Below are positions 1 to 8,502 of a stretch of 45,247 nt of DNA, piece after piece. The position numbers and the translations under genes were made by a program. The first letter of the stretch is position 1, and each line of letters begins with the position of its first letter. The stretch comes from a virus. The DNA lies in the IMG/VR virus record IMGVR_UViG_3300045988_046511. One strand, given 5' to 3'. Under the pieces are notes generated by a model, which saw only the letters and a list, made by a program, of their open reading frames with translations, was not told the DNA's origin and did not search any database.

Positions 1-130
1 CAACCGCAACAGCGGCAACTGGAACAGCGGCGACTGCAACAGCGGCGACTGCAACAGCGGCAACCGCAACAGCGGCAACCGCAACAGCGGCAACTGGAAC
101 AGCGGCGACTGGAACAGCGGCGACTGGAAC
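1..130 (+). repeat. 15-nt in-frame tandem repeat (aacagcggcNNNNNN), left portion
   Basis: About 8.5 units of consensus AAC AGC GGC [GA]AC [TC]G[CG], encoding N-S-G-[DN]-[CWR]. The same repeat family is present at 45110-45247. Confidence 0.9.
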
Positions 131-490
131 AAAACATCCTTTTCCAATGGCTGTTTCAATACGGTATCGCCCAAAATCTATATGTTCAACAAGCCCACTG
201 ACTGGACGCTTGAGCAGTGGTTTAACTGCCGCGCCCGGTATCTGCTGAATCAGATTGAAGATTGCCCGCTTGAATACGTTTGGTTTGATACCATGAGCGA
301 TGAAGAAAAGGCGGCGCACCCTGAAGCCGAAACTACGGGCGGCTATCTGAAAGAGCGTACCACGGCGGATAACGCCCGGAAATGGTGGGCGGGGCTTAGT
401 GCCGATGATCGCAACATCATTTTCAGCTTGCCGAACTTCGATGCGGCGATTTTCAAGGAAATCACCGGGATTGACGTTGACGCGGAATAA
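2..490 (+). CDS. C-terminal part of a pentapeptide-repeat protein (continuation of the ORF that runs off the right end of the window)
   Basis: Frame 2 is open from base 2. It reads NRNSGNWNSGDCNSGDCNSGNRNSGNRNSGNWNSGDWNSGDWN (15-nt units), then a non-repeat domain (MFNKPTDWTLEQW...) to TAA at 488-490. The ORF track shows only the part from the internal ATG at 182. Confidence 0.65.
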   Translation, partial: NRNSGNWNSGDCNSGDCNSGNRNSGNRNSGNWNSGDWNSGDWNKTSFSNGCFNTVSPKIYMFNKPTDWTLEQWFNCRARYLLNQIEDCPLEYVWFDTMSDEEKAAHPEAETTGGYLKERTTADNARKWWAGLSADDRNIIFSLPNFDAAIFKEITGIDVDAE

Positions 491-503
491 GGGGGTATCT
501 GCT

Positions 504-899
504 ATGAAAGAGTACATGATCGTTAAAGTACAGTTTAACGTGAGTTCTAAGACTTGCACGGGCAAGCTGTACACGTTCCTTGCCTATGAGGAATACACGC
601 CCGGTGACGTGGTGGTTGTTGATACGCAGAACGGTTTCCAGCTTGCCACGGTTGAGGGTACAGCGTCTAAGATTCCCGATGGAATCCCCACGGGCGGTCT
701 GAAAGAGATCGTTTGCAAGGTGGATTTCACCGCATGGAACGAACGCCGGGAGCGGGCAAAGCGCATGAACGAACTTCAGTGCATGATGAATAACAGGGTT
801 AGGGATTTGCAGGAAACGGCACTCTTTGAAATGCTGGCAAGCAAAGACCCGGAACTGAAAGCCATGCTTGACGAATACAAGACCTTGCGGGGGTGCTAA
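504..899 (+). CDS. hypothetical protein (131 aa)
   Basis: ATG 504 is preceded by AAGGGGG. Same frame as track ORF 399-899, whose upstream start would overlap the previous gene. No motif recognised. Confidence 0.55.
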   Translation: MKEYMIVKVQFNVSSKTCTGKLYTFLAYEEYTPGDVVVVDTQNGFQLATVEGTASKIPDGIPTGGLKEIVCKVDFTAWNERRERAKRMNELQCMMNNRVRDLQETALFEMLASKDPELKAMLDEYKTLRGC

Positions 900-2214
900 T
901 GTGGAACTTTACCCCCATCAACAGACCGCCTTAGAAGAAACCAGGCAATATAGCCGCGTTGCCTACTATCTGGATATGGGTTTAGGGAAAACCTTTGTCG
1001 GATCAGAAAAAATGCGGGAACTGAACAGCCCCGTGAATCTGATCGTGTGCCAAAAGTCCAAAGTTGAGGACTGGGAAAAACACATGATAGAAAATTATGC
1101 AATGGATCACTGTTGGATAATTTATAACCTGACTGACAAAAAGGATTTTGAACGCTTCTTCAAAGAAGTAAAAACCCGGAAATCTGGTGATCCTACCGTT
1201 TGCGGCGTTATCAACTATGATTTGCTGTTCAGACGGGCAGAAATAGCCCATTTAACGGGTTTTACTCTCATGCTTGATGAATCATCCATCATTCAGAATG
1301 AGGGCACAAAACGCTCTAAATTCGTCTTAGGGTTGCACCCGGACAATGTGATTTTGCTTTCTGGCACACCAACAGCCGGAAAGTATGAAAAACTTTGGTC
1401 ACAACTGCACCTTTTGGGATGGGGGATCAGCAAAGACCTATTCTATAAGCAGTATGTAACGACAGAGTGGATGGAAGATTCACAGAGCGGCTTTCGGATA
1501 AAGGTTGTAACGGGCTATAAAAATGTGGACAGGCTGAAAGCGAAACTTGCCCAACATGGGGCGGTTTTTATGAAGTCTGAAGATGTTTTTACCCTGCCCG
1601 AACAGTCCTTTATCTCTGTAACGTCCAAAATACCCGGATGTTACAAGAAGTTCATGCGGGATGATGTGATAACCATTGACGGGCGGGAATATGTGGGAGA
1701 TACCACCTTATCAAAACGCATATACGCCCGGATGATGTGCAGTTTCTTAAACCGTGAGCGCGTGGCGGCGTTCGTGGATTTGGTACATTCAACGGAAGAT
1801 CGTTTGATCGTGTTCTACAACTTCAATGAAGAATTGAACACGATGCTAGAAGCCCTTACCACCTACACGGGGGAGATGGAGCGGCCTTGTTCCATCATCA
1901 ACGGCGAGAAAAACGATTTGACCGCTTACGATCAGTACGAAAATTCAATCACGTTCATTCAGTATCAAGCTGGGTCTATGGGCGTGAATCTGCAAAAAGC
2001 CAATAAGATCATCTATTTTTCACTGACCGATAGAAGCGAACTTTTTGAACAGTCTAAAAAGCGGATTCACCGCATTGGACAAACTCAACCTTGCTTCTAC
2101 TATCAAATGATATGCCCCGGAACGGTGGAAGAAGATATTTTAGAAGCTTTGAAGATGCGAAAGGATTATACAGATGAATTGTTCAAAGCCTATCAAGCGG
2201 CGCACCATTGCTAA
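868..2214 (+). CDS. SNF2/DEAD-like superfamily 2 helicase
   Basis: Motifs YPHQ, GLGKT (Walker A), LDESS (DExx), LLSGTP, QYQAGSMGVNLQ and KKRIHRIGQ. The real start may be GTG 901 (directly after the upstream stop, GGGGG just upstream) rather than ATG 868. Confidence 0.85.
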   Translation: MTNTRPCGGANVELYPHQQTALEETRQYSRVAYYLDMGLGKTFVGSEKMRELNSPVNLIVCQKSKVEDWEKHMIENYAMDHCWIIYNLTDKKDFERFFKEVKTRKSGDPTVCGVINYDLLFRRAEIAHLTGFTLMLDESSIIQNEGTKRSKFVLGLHPDNVILLSGTPTAGKYEKLWSQLHLLGWGISKDLFYKQYVTTEWMEDSQSGFRIKVVTGYKNVDRLKAKLAQHGAVFMKSEDVFTLPEQSFISVTSKIPGCYKKFMRDDVITIDGREYVGDTTLSKRIYARMMCSFLNRERVAAFVDLVHSTEDRLIVFYNFNEELNTMLEALTTYTGEMERPCSIINGEKNDLTAYDQYENSITFIQYQAGSMGVNLQKANKIIYFSLTDRSELFEQSKKRIHRIGQTQPCFYYQMICPGTVEEDILEALKMRKDYTDELFKAYQAAHHC

Positions 2215-2815
2215 CCGCATTATCACTTCTTGGGTCATTATCGCTCTGATCTTTTCGGTTGTTGGGTTTGCAATCGGTGCGGTTTCCCATTCCAGCAAGC
2301 CTAAAACTGAAACCCTGATCTATGGCCGCGCGGCGGACGGTAAGATTTTTGATGGCGATATGTCCGTGAGTTATGAGAGTGAAGATACCCTCTTTGTTCC
2401 TTTGGGCGTTCCCCTTGATTCGGACGTGCAAGAGTTCATTTATTACCTGTCTAAAGGCTACAACATGGATTTTACCTTTGTTATGGCTATCATTCAGCAG
2501 GAAAGCGGCTATCAGCCGGACGCGGTGAGTAATACCGATGATTACGGTTTGATGCAGATCAACAAGGTAAACCACGGCTATATTACGGACGAAATCGGCG
2601 TGACAAACTACCTTGATCCCTACGAGAACGTAAGAGCCGGGATGTTCATTCTTCGTAAATTGTTTGAGAAGTACGAAACCCCGGAAAAAGTCTTGATGGC
2701 CTACAACTTAGGCGAGAGCGGGGCTAAAGCCCTTTGGGACAAGGGCGTTTTTGAAACCAACTATTCAAAATCTGTTCAACGGATTCAAAGTGAATTGAAC
2801 AACATGAAAGGATGA
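2174..2815 (+). CDS. membrane-anchored lytic transglycosylase (SLT domain)
   Basis: N-terminal hydrophobic segment WVIIALIFSVVGFAIGAV. SLT catalytic signature IIQQESGYQPDAVS...DYGLMQIN...AYNLG. Confidence 0.8.
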   Translation: MNCSKPIKRRTIANRIITSWVIIALIFSVVGFAIGAVSHSSKPKTETLIYGRAADGKIFDGDMSVSYESEDTLFVPLGVPLDSDVQEFIYYLSKGYNMDFTFVMAIIQQESGYQPDAVSNTDDYGLMQINKVNHGYITDEIGVTNYLDPYENVRAGMFILRKLFEKYETPEKVLMAYNLGESGAKALWDKGVFETNYSKSVQRIQSELNNMKG

Positions 2816-2822
2816 AGCAACA

Positions 2823-3263
2823 ATGAAACTCTGTAAAGAAGCTATGGACAACGCCACGGCTTGCGGTAAGAACTGCTGTTGTCTGGAATGTGATCGGCGG
2901 GAATCATGCTCTGAGGTGTGCGGCGAACTTTCGGAAAATTGCGAATTTGCGTTTGAAAGTGACACGTCACTTGTTGAAATGCAAAAGAACGCGGCGGCTA
3001 TCATTTCCGGCATTGCCGCCCTTGCAGTCCAGAAGAAGCAGATCGAGGAACAGGAAAAGGCGATGCGCGACAAATTGCGTGAAACCATGGAGAGTTACGG
3101 CGTGAAGTCCTTTGAAACGCCTGAAGTTAAGTTCCTTTACATCCCGGCCACTACCCGCACCACCGTTGACACGGCAAAGCTGAAAAAAGCAATGCCGGAC
3201 GTGGTGGAGAAGTACAGCAAGATCACTAATGTTTCCGCGTCCGTCAAGATCACAGTGAAATGA
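2823..3263 (+). CDS. hypothetical protein with a Cys-rich N-terminus and a coiled-coil-like centre
   Basis: 146-aa ORF tightly packed with its neighbours. N-terminus is CGKNCCCLECDRRESCSEVCGELSENC. No family recognised. Confidence 0.55.
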   Translation: MKLCKEAMDNATACGKNCCCLECDRRESCSEVCGELSENCEFAFESDTSLVEMQKNAAAIISGIAALAVQKKQIEEQEKAMRDKLRETMESYGVKSFETPEVKFLYIPATTRTTVDTAKLKKAMPDVVEKYSKITNVSASVKITVK

Positions 3264-3463
3264 GTGAGAGAACGCCGCGTTTCCTTTGGATGGAAGTTTC
3301 AAGGGATGAATACGAATTGCCGTTAGCTGTGGCGGATTCGGCTTTGGAACTTGCAAAGGTTTTGGGGCTGAAAGATGAAAATTCGGTCATATCCTCTGTA
3401 AGCAGAGCGAAACGCGGCGGTTATTGGTGCAAATACAAACGTGTTCCTTATCTGAAAGAGTAG
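3260..3463 (+). CDS. hypothetical small protein (possible HTH)
   Basis: 67-aa ORF with an ATGA overlap onto the upstream stop. The LELAKVLGLKDENSVISSVSRAKR segment looks helix-turn-helix-like. Confidence 0.5.
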   Translation: MSERTPRFLWMEVSRDEYELPLAVADSALELAKVLGLKDENSVISSVSRAKRGGYWCKYKRVPYLKE

Positions 3464-3471
3464 GTGATCTA

Positions 3472-3696
3472 ATGGAAGATGAGGTTATTTTAATGTCTCC
3501 GCCCGGTGCTACTGGGAGTAAGCGGCATAGGTTTTGCAAGGTTGAACACAACGGTAAAAGCTACTGGGTAGACCTGACGGCAACCCGTAGATTACGGGGC
3601 ATTGACAGCGCAAGGCTGTACACGCTGAAAGATGGTCGGTTGACCGTTGCAAGGCTGGTTCGTGTGTCCGTTCTTCGTTCGCAAGGGGTGATTTGA
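3472..3696 (+). CDS. hypothetical protein
   Basis: ATG 3472 lies after GTAGGTGA. It is in frame with track ORF 3424-3696. Confidence 0.45.
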   Translation: MEDEVILMSPPGATGSKRHRFCKVEHNGKSYWVDLTATRRLRGIDSARLYTLKDGRLTVARLVRVSVLRSQGVI

Positions 3697-4109
3697 TGGC
3701 AGAAGAAAAACTTTTTGAAAAACGCCTTGAGCGTTATTTAGAAAAGCAAGGCATTTACCCCCTTGGCCGCGCCGCTGATCGGATGCCTGTCCCGTCCATT
3801 GGCTACTATGAAAAGCGTTGGGGTGGCGGGTTTTCTAAGTCCGGCTTGCCTGATCTGCACCTTGTCGCCAATGCAATCAGCCTTGATGTGGAGCTGAAAG
3901 CCCCCACGGGCAGGCCGTCCCCGCTTCAAAAGTTCATGGTATCCCAAATCAACAACGCCGGGTCTATCGGTGTGATCCTTTACCCTGATGGATTCGAGGA
4001 CTTCAAAAAACTGTTAGAGGGGGTGACCCAGTGCAATACTCACATTCCCGTATTGAATGCTTTGAAAAATGCCCATTCAAGTACAAAATGCGCTATCTTC
4101 AGCGGCTAA
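3696..4109 (+). CDS. VRR-NUC domain nuclease
   Basis: GLPDLHLV...DVELKAPTGRPSPLQKF matches the VRR-NUC PD-(D/E)xK core (D...ExK...Q). ATG 3696 overlaps the upstream TGA. Confidence 0.7.
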   Translation: MAEEKLFEKRLERYLEKQGIYPLGRAADRMPVPSIGYYEKRWGGGFSKSGLPDLHLVANAISLDVELKAPTGRPSPLQKFMVSQINNAGSIGVILYPDGFEDFKKLLEGVTQCNTHIPVLNALKNAHSSTKCAIFSG

Positions 4110-5818
4110 ACACCCTGCCCCCGGATGAAGCGGACAGCCCGTTGATCTTAGGAACGGCGTTGCACACAGGCATTGAAGAAAGCCTTGAAGCGGCGGTGAA
4201 AAAATACTGTTCCAGCTATCCGATCATCACGGATGAACACATTAACGAGGTTATCAAGCTGGAACACGTTATCCCGCTGGCAAGGGCAGGAATCCCGCCC
4301 GGTGGTGCGTTCGAAGTCCCCATTATGGACAAGGACTTTATAGGCTACATTGATTACCTTGTGCCAATTAACAAAGTTGATGGTACTGAATATTTTGATC
4401 TCTACGACTTCAAATATTCAAACAATGTTCAAAGTTACAAGAAATCTAATCAGTTGCACCTTTACAAGTATTTCTTTGAGCGGAACAACCCCGGCAAGAA
4501 GATTAGAAACCTGTATCTGTTCTTTGTTCCAAAAGTCCAGATTCGGCAAAAGAAAGGTGAAACGCTTCTTGATTTTAGGGAGCGGCTGAAAGACGAACTT
4601 GCCGGGGTTGATGTTCAAACGGTTCAAGTGGAGTTCGATTATTCAAAAGTGATTGAATTTCTGCTTGCGATAAAGACAGTGAACGAAACAATAGAGTTCA
4701 CAAAAACAGAATCGTACTTGTGCCGATTCTGTGAGTATCAAGATTTTTGCGAGAAAGGATGGGATTTTATGATTCTCCCCGAAAACAAACGCCGCAACAT
4801 TGAACAGGTTCACAAGCGTAAGCTGTGGATTTATGGCGCACCGTTCAGCGGCAAGACCACTTTTGCCAACTCTTTTCCTGATCCGCTCATGCTCAATACG
4901 GACGGTAATGTTGAGAACGTGGACGCGCCTTACATCCCTATCCGCGATAACGTCAAGGTTGAGGGGCGCATGACAAAGCGCACCCTTGCATGGGAAGTGT
5001 TCAAAGATACCATTTCCGAACTGGAAAAGAAGCAGAACACCTTTAAGACCATCGTTGTTGACCTGCTGGAAGATACTTATGAATCTTGCCGGGTTTATAT
5101 GTATCAGCAGATGGGCATTACCCATGAATCTGATGATTCTTTCCGGGCGTGGGATAAGGTGCGCGGCGAGTACCTGAACACCATGAAGCGGCTTATGGTG
5201 CTGGACTATGAAAATATCGTGCTTATTTCCCATGAGGATATGAGCAAGGATATTACCCGCAAGGGCGGTGACAAGATCACGGCTATTAAGCCCGCTGGAC
5301 TGCCTGATAAGGTGGCTAACAAGGTTGCGGGTATGGTTGACGTGGTTGCCCGTATCGTGGCTGATGGCGAAACCCGCACGTTCTCTTTCAAGTCCAATGA
5401 GGTTGTCTTTGGTGGTGGACGCTTGCGTGTCGCCGCAAAGGATCTTCCGCTTGATGTGGATGCGCTCTTTGCTGTGTACGATGAAGCCAACAAGAACGCC
5501 GCAAACGGCGTATCTGAAAACAAGCCGCAAACCGAAAGCACCGAACGAGCCGGGCGTTCCCGCCGTAAGGCAGAGGAAACGCCCGTCACCCCGGCAGAGA
5601 AGCCGCAGGAAGAGCCGGAACAGGTTGAGCCTGTAAACGATACTCCCGCAGAAGAAGCCCGGCAGGAAGCCCCCGCAGAGGGCGAGAACGCACCCACCGA
5701 AAATGCCGATGATGGCAACCCCCCGATGGACGGTGCGGTTGAAGTTCCTGCACCCAATGCACAGCCCGAACAGCCCGCCGAACATCCGCGCCGCAAGCGC
5801 AGAGTGCGGGAAGCCTAA
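4031..5818 (+). CDS. fusion of a Cas4/RecB-like PD-(D/E)XK nuclease (Fe-S Cys motif) with a Sak4/RecA-like P-loop ATPase and an acidic Pro-rich tail
   Basis: N-terminus YSHSRIECFEKCPFKYKMRYL and CRFCEYQDFC (C-x2-C-x5-C, 4721-4750). Walker A GAPFSGKTT at 4835-4861 in KLWIYGAPFSGKTTFANSFPDPLMLNTDGN. Last ~100 aa are low-complexity P/E/A-rich, ending in RRKRRVREA. Confidence 0.8.
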   Translation: MQYSHSRIECFEKCPFKYKMRYLQRLNTLPPDEADSPLILGTALHTGIEESLEAAVKKYCSSYPIITDEHINEVIKLEHVIPLARAGIPPGGAFEVPIMDKDFIGYIDYLVPINKVDGTEYFDLYDFKYSNNVQSYKKSNQLHLYKYFFERNNPGKKIRNLYLFFVPKVQIRQKKGETLLDFRERLKDELAGVDVQTVQVEFDYSKVIEFLLAIKTVNETIEFTKTESYLCRFCEYQDFCEKGWDFMILPENKRRNIEQVHKRKLWIYGAPFSGKTTFANSFPDPLMLNTDGNVENVDAPYIPIRDNVKVEGRMTKRTLAWEVFKDTISELEKKQNTFKTIVVDLLEDTYESCRVYMYQQMGITHESDDSFRAWDKVRGEYLNTMKRLMVLDYENIVLISHEDMSKDITRKGGDKITAIKPAGLPDKVANKVAGMVDVVARIVADGETRTFSFKSNEVVFGGGRLRVAAKDLPLDVDALFAVYDEANKNAANGVSENKPQTESTERAGRSRRKAEETPVTPAEKPQEEPEQVEPVNDTPAEEARQEAPAEGENAPTENADDGNPPMDGAVEVPAPNAQPEQPAEHPRRKRRVREA

Positions 5819-5849
5819 TCACAACCGACTGTAAGAAAGGACTATAACA

Positions 5850-6320
5850 ATGAGCATTTTCGATGAATTTGACGCTAACTTTGATACCGCTGGTTTGGCG
5901 AAAGATGCCGCTGAAGCCGCAAAGAACGGCAACACCCGCCGTGAAGTTCCCCACGGTACTTATGAGGTGGAGATCAATAAGCTGGAACTGGGTAAGAGCA
6001 AAAAGGGTGATCCCATGTTCTCTTGCTGGTTTAAGATTCTCACGGGTGAGTACAAGGGAAGCATGATCTTCCTCAACCAGATCGTGACGCAGGGTTTCCA
6101 GATCGGCATTGTGGACGAGTTCTTGCGTTCGCTTATGTCCGAAATGGATGCACCGATCCCCGTTCAGTTTCAGACCTACAATCAGTACAACAATCTGATT
6201 CTGGATATTATGGAAGCCATTGACGGGAACTTTGAGTACGCTTTGGAGTACGGCGAGAACAAAAAGGGCTTTAACACGTTCAAGATCACGGAAGTTTACG
6301 CCCTTGTGGACGAGGACTAA
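5850..6320 (+). CDS. DUF669-like protein (ssDNA-binding-type partner of Sak4 modules)
   Basis: VPHGTYEVEINKLELGKSKKGDPMFSCWFKILTGEYKGSMIF resembles the DUF669 pattern as I remember it. It sits directly after the Sak4-like ATPase. Confidence 0.6.
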   Translation: MSIFDEFDANFDTAGLAKDAAEAAKNGNTRREVPHGTYEVEINKLELGKSKKGDPMFSCWFKILTGEYKGSMIFLNQIVTQGFQIGIVDEFLRSLMSEMDAPIPVQFQTYNQYNNLILDIMEAIDGNFEYALEYGENKKGFNTFKITEVYALVDED

Positions 6321-6386
6321 GCCCCGGCTTGTGACCTGACAAGATAAACAGGCGGGCGGGTATGGTGGGAATTTCAAAGAAAGAGG

Positions 6387-8105
6387 GTGATTGCTATTTT
6401 ATTCTACGATTTTGAGGTTTTCGCTTATGACTGGCTTGTTGTCATTATTGATATGGTGGAGAAGAAAACTCACGTCATTATCAATGACAAGGCGGAACTT
6501 GAAGCCTTTTATGAAGCGCACAAAACCCGAATTTGGGTAGGATTCAACAGCCGCCACTACGATCAATACATCTTACAAGGGATTCTATGCGGGTTTAACG
6601 CTAAGAAGCTAAATGATTACATTATTGTCAAGGGTAAACCAGGCTGGCAGTATAGCAACCTCTTAAAGAGTTACCCGCTTCTTAATTACGATGTAATGTT
6701 GAATACCGATGTGGGTTTGAAGTCCTTTGAGGGTTTCATGGGTAACGATATTCGGGAAACGGAAGTACCCTTTAACCTTGACCGCAAGTTGACGGATGCA
6801 GAGATCAAACAGACCGTTTTTTATTGCACCCATGACGTTGAACAGACTATACAAGTTTTCATGCGCCGAACGCAAGAGTTCAACACCATGATGTATTTTA
6901 TCAAACACTTTGAACTAGGAATTGAATACATTTCCAAAACCAAACCACAGCTTGCCGCAACTATTTTGGGCGGCAACAGGAAAGGCGCAAGTTTTGATGA
7001 TGAATTTGATTTCCCAATCCTGCCGTGTTTGCGCTTGAACAAATACAAGCATATTGCGGACTGGTACGCAAACCCTGAAAACCACGATTACGAGAAAAAG
7101 CAGGGTAAGCAGATGATCGCCGGGGTTGAACATACCTTTGCATGGGGCGGCGGACACGGCGCGCGGGCTAAGTATTCCGCCGATGGCGTATTCATCATCA
7201 TTGACGTTACCGCCTATTACCCATCTTTGCAGAAACAATATCACTTCGGCTATCGGGTAATGGATCACCCTGAAAACTTTGAGTTTATCCACGATTCCAA
7301 CATAGCCTTTAAGCGCAAGGGCGACAAGAAAGCCCGTCAGCCGTTCAAGATTATGGATAACGCCATTTCCGGGCAGATGAAACAAAAATCATCCGCCCTG
7401 TATGACCCCATGAGCAACAACGCTATCTGCATCAATGGACAGCTTTTATTGCTTGACCTTGTAGAACACCTTGAGGGGCATTGTGAGCTGATCCAGAACA
7501 ACACAGACGGTATCATTGTTAAGGTCGCGGACTATGACCGGGATTTTGAAGTTTTGGATGATATTGTTTGGGAGTGGGAACAGCGTACAGGTATGCGCAT
7601 GGATTTTGATACTTACTTTGGAACGATCTATCAGAAAGACGTTAATAATTATCTGTTGGTTGACCGGGAAACGGGTGCAGTAAAACGCAAGGGCGGCTAT
7701 GTTATGAAGCTGGACGATCTAAGCTATGATCTCCCCATCATAAACAAAGCCCTTGTTGATTACATGATCCATCAAATCCCGGTGCGCCGGACGATTTTAG
7801 AGTGTCAAGACCTACGCGAATTTCAGCTTGTTTCCCGGATCAGTAGCAAGTATACGCATATCATGTACGGCGATAAGCCGTTGAAAGAACGGTGCATCCG
7901 CATTTTTGCTTCTACTGATCCAAACGATCCCGGCGTGAAGAAAGTGAAAGCGTCCAATGGGCGGCTGGAAAAATTGCAAAACTCCCCGGAACACTGTTTT
8001 ATCTATAACGATGATGTAAAAGATGTTCGAGTGCCGGACAAGCTGGATCGCCAATGGTACATCAATTTTGCAAACAAACGTCTTGAAGATTTTGGAGTAA
8101 GCTAA
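6387..8105 (+). CDS. DNA polymerase with N-terminal 3'-5' exonuclease motifs (family B-like motifs)
   Basis: Exo motifs YDFEVF (DxE), NSRHYD and YCTHD. Polymerase-like motifs DVTAYYPSL and NNTDGIIV. Family assignment is uncertain without a search. Confidence 0.7.
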   Translation: MIAILFYDFEVFAYDWLVVIIDMVEKKTHVIINDKAELEAFYEAHKTRIWVGFNSRHYDQYILQGILCGFNAKKLNDYIIVKGKPGWQYSNLLKSYPLLNYDVMLNTDVGLKSFEGFMGNDIRETEVPFNLDRKLTDAEIKQTVFYCTHDVEQTIQVFMRRTQEFNTMMYFIKHFELGIEYISKTKPQLAATILGGNRKGASFDDEFDFPILPCLRLNKYKHIADWYANPENHDYEKKQGKQMIAGVEHTFAWGGGHGARAKYSADGVFIIIDVTAYYPSLQKQYHFGYRVMDHPENFEFIHDSNIAFKRKGDKKARQPFKIMDNAISGQMKQKSSALYDPMSNNAICINGQLLLLDLVEHLEGHCELIQNNTDGIIVKVADYDRDFEVLDDIVWEWEQRTGMRMDFDTYFGTIYQKDVNNYLLVDRETGAVKRKGGYVMKLDDLSYDLPIINKALVDYMIHQIPVRRTILECQDLREFQLVSRISSKYTHIMYGDKPLKERCIRIFASTDPNDPGVKKVKASNGRLEKLQNSPEHCFIYNDDVKDVRVPDKLDRQWYINFANKRLEDFGVS

Positions 8106-8106
8106 A

Positions 8107-8487
8107 ATGGACGATTTTTATAAAACCTGTCGTTGGTGTCGCTGGAATAAGAACGGCGAGTGTCAGCACAGCGGCACTTTCGCCGTGGACTCCCTCAAAG
8201 CAGAGTGCAGATTAGATGATGGGATCATCTATGAAGCGGTCAAGGAAGCCTTTTCCGATAAAGCTTTTGTAAAACTGAAAAGGAATCTTGAAAGTTCACT
8301 TTCAAAGAAAAAAGCGAACTTGTTCTATCAAGAGTTCTTGCAGGAACTTGAAGATATGCAACGCGACTGGGCGATGGCTATTGATAATGCTGTGAGCGCA
8401 AAGATCAATTATGAACTTGAGGGCGTGAACGGGCTTTCCGTAGAACTTGCCGATGAGGATTCGTTTTGCTGTAAGTATTGGGAATAA
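8107..8487 (+). CDS. hypothetical protein
   Basis: 126-aa ORF starting 1 nt after the polymerase stop. N-terminus is CRWCRWNKNGEC. Confidence 0.55.
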   Translation: MDDFYKTCRWCRWNKNGECQHSGTFAVDSLKAECRLDDGIIYEAVKEAFSDKAFVKLKRNLESSLSKKKANLFYQEFLQELEDMQRDWAMAIDNAVSAKINYELEGVNGLSVELADEDSFCCKYWE

Positions 8488-8502
8488 GGACGGTGATAAA
8501 TT

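Noticed and set aside
4643-6377. Long minus-strand ORFs (4643-5785, 5206-5796, 5586-6377) opposite the nuclease-ATPase and DUF669-like genes
   Set aside because: They arise from the stop-poor GC/purine-rich region encoding the P/E/A tail. The + strand products have clear motifs and the minus-strand ones have none.
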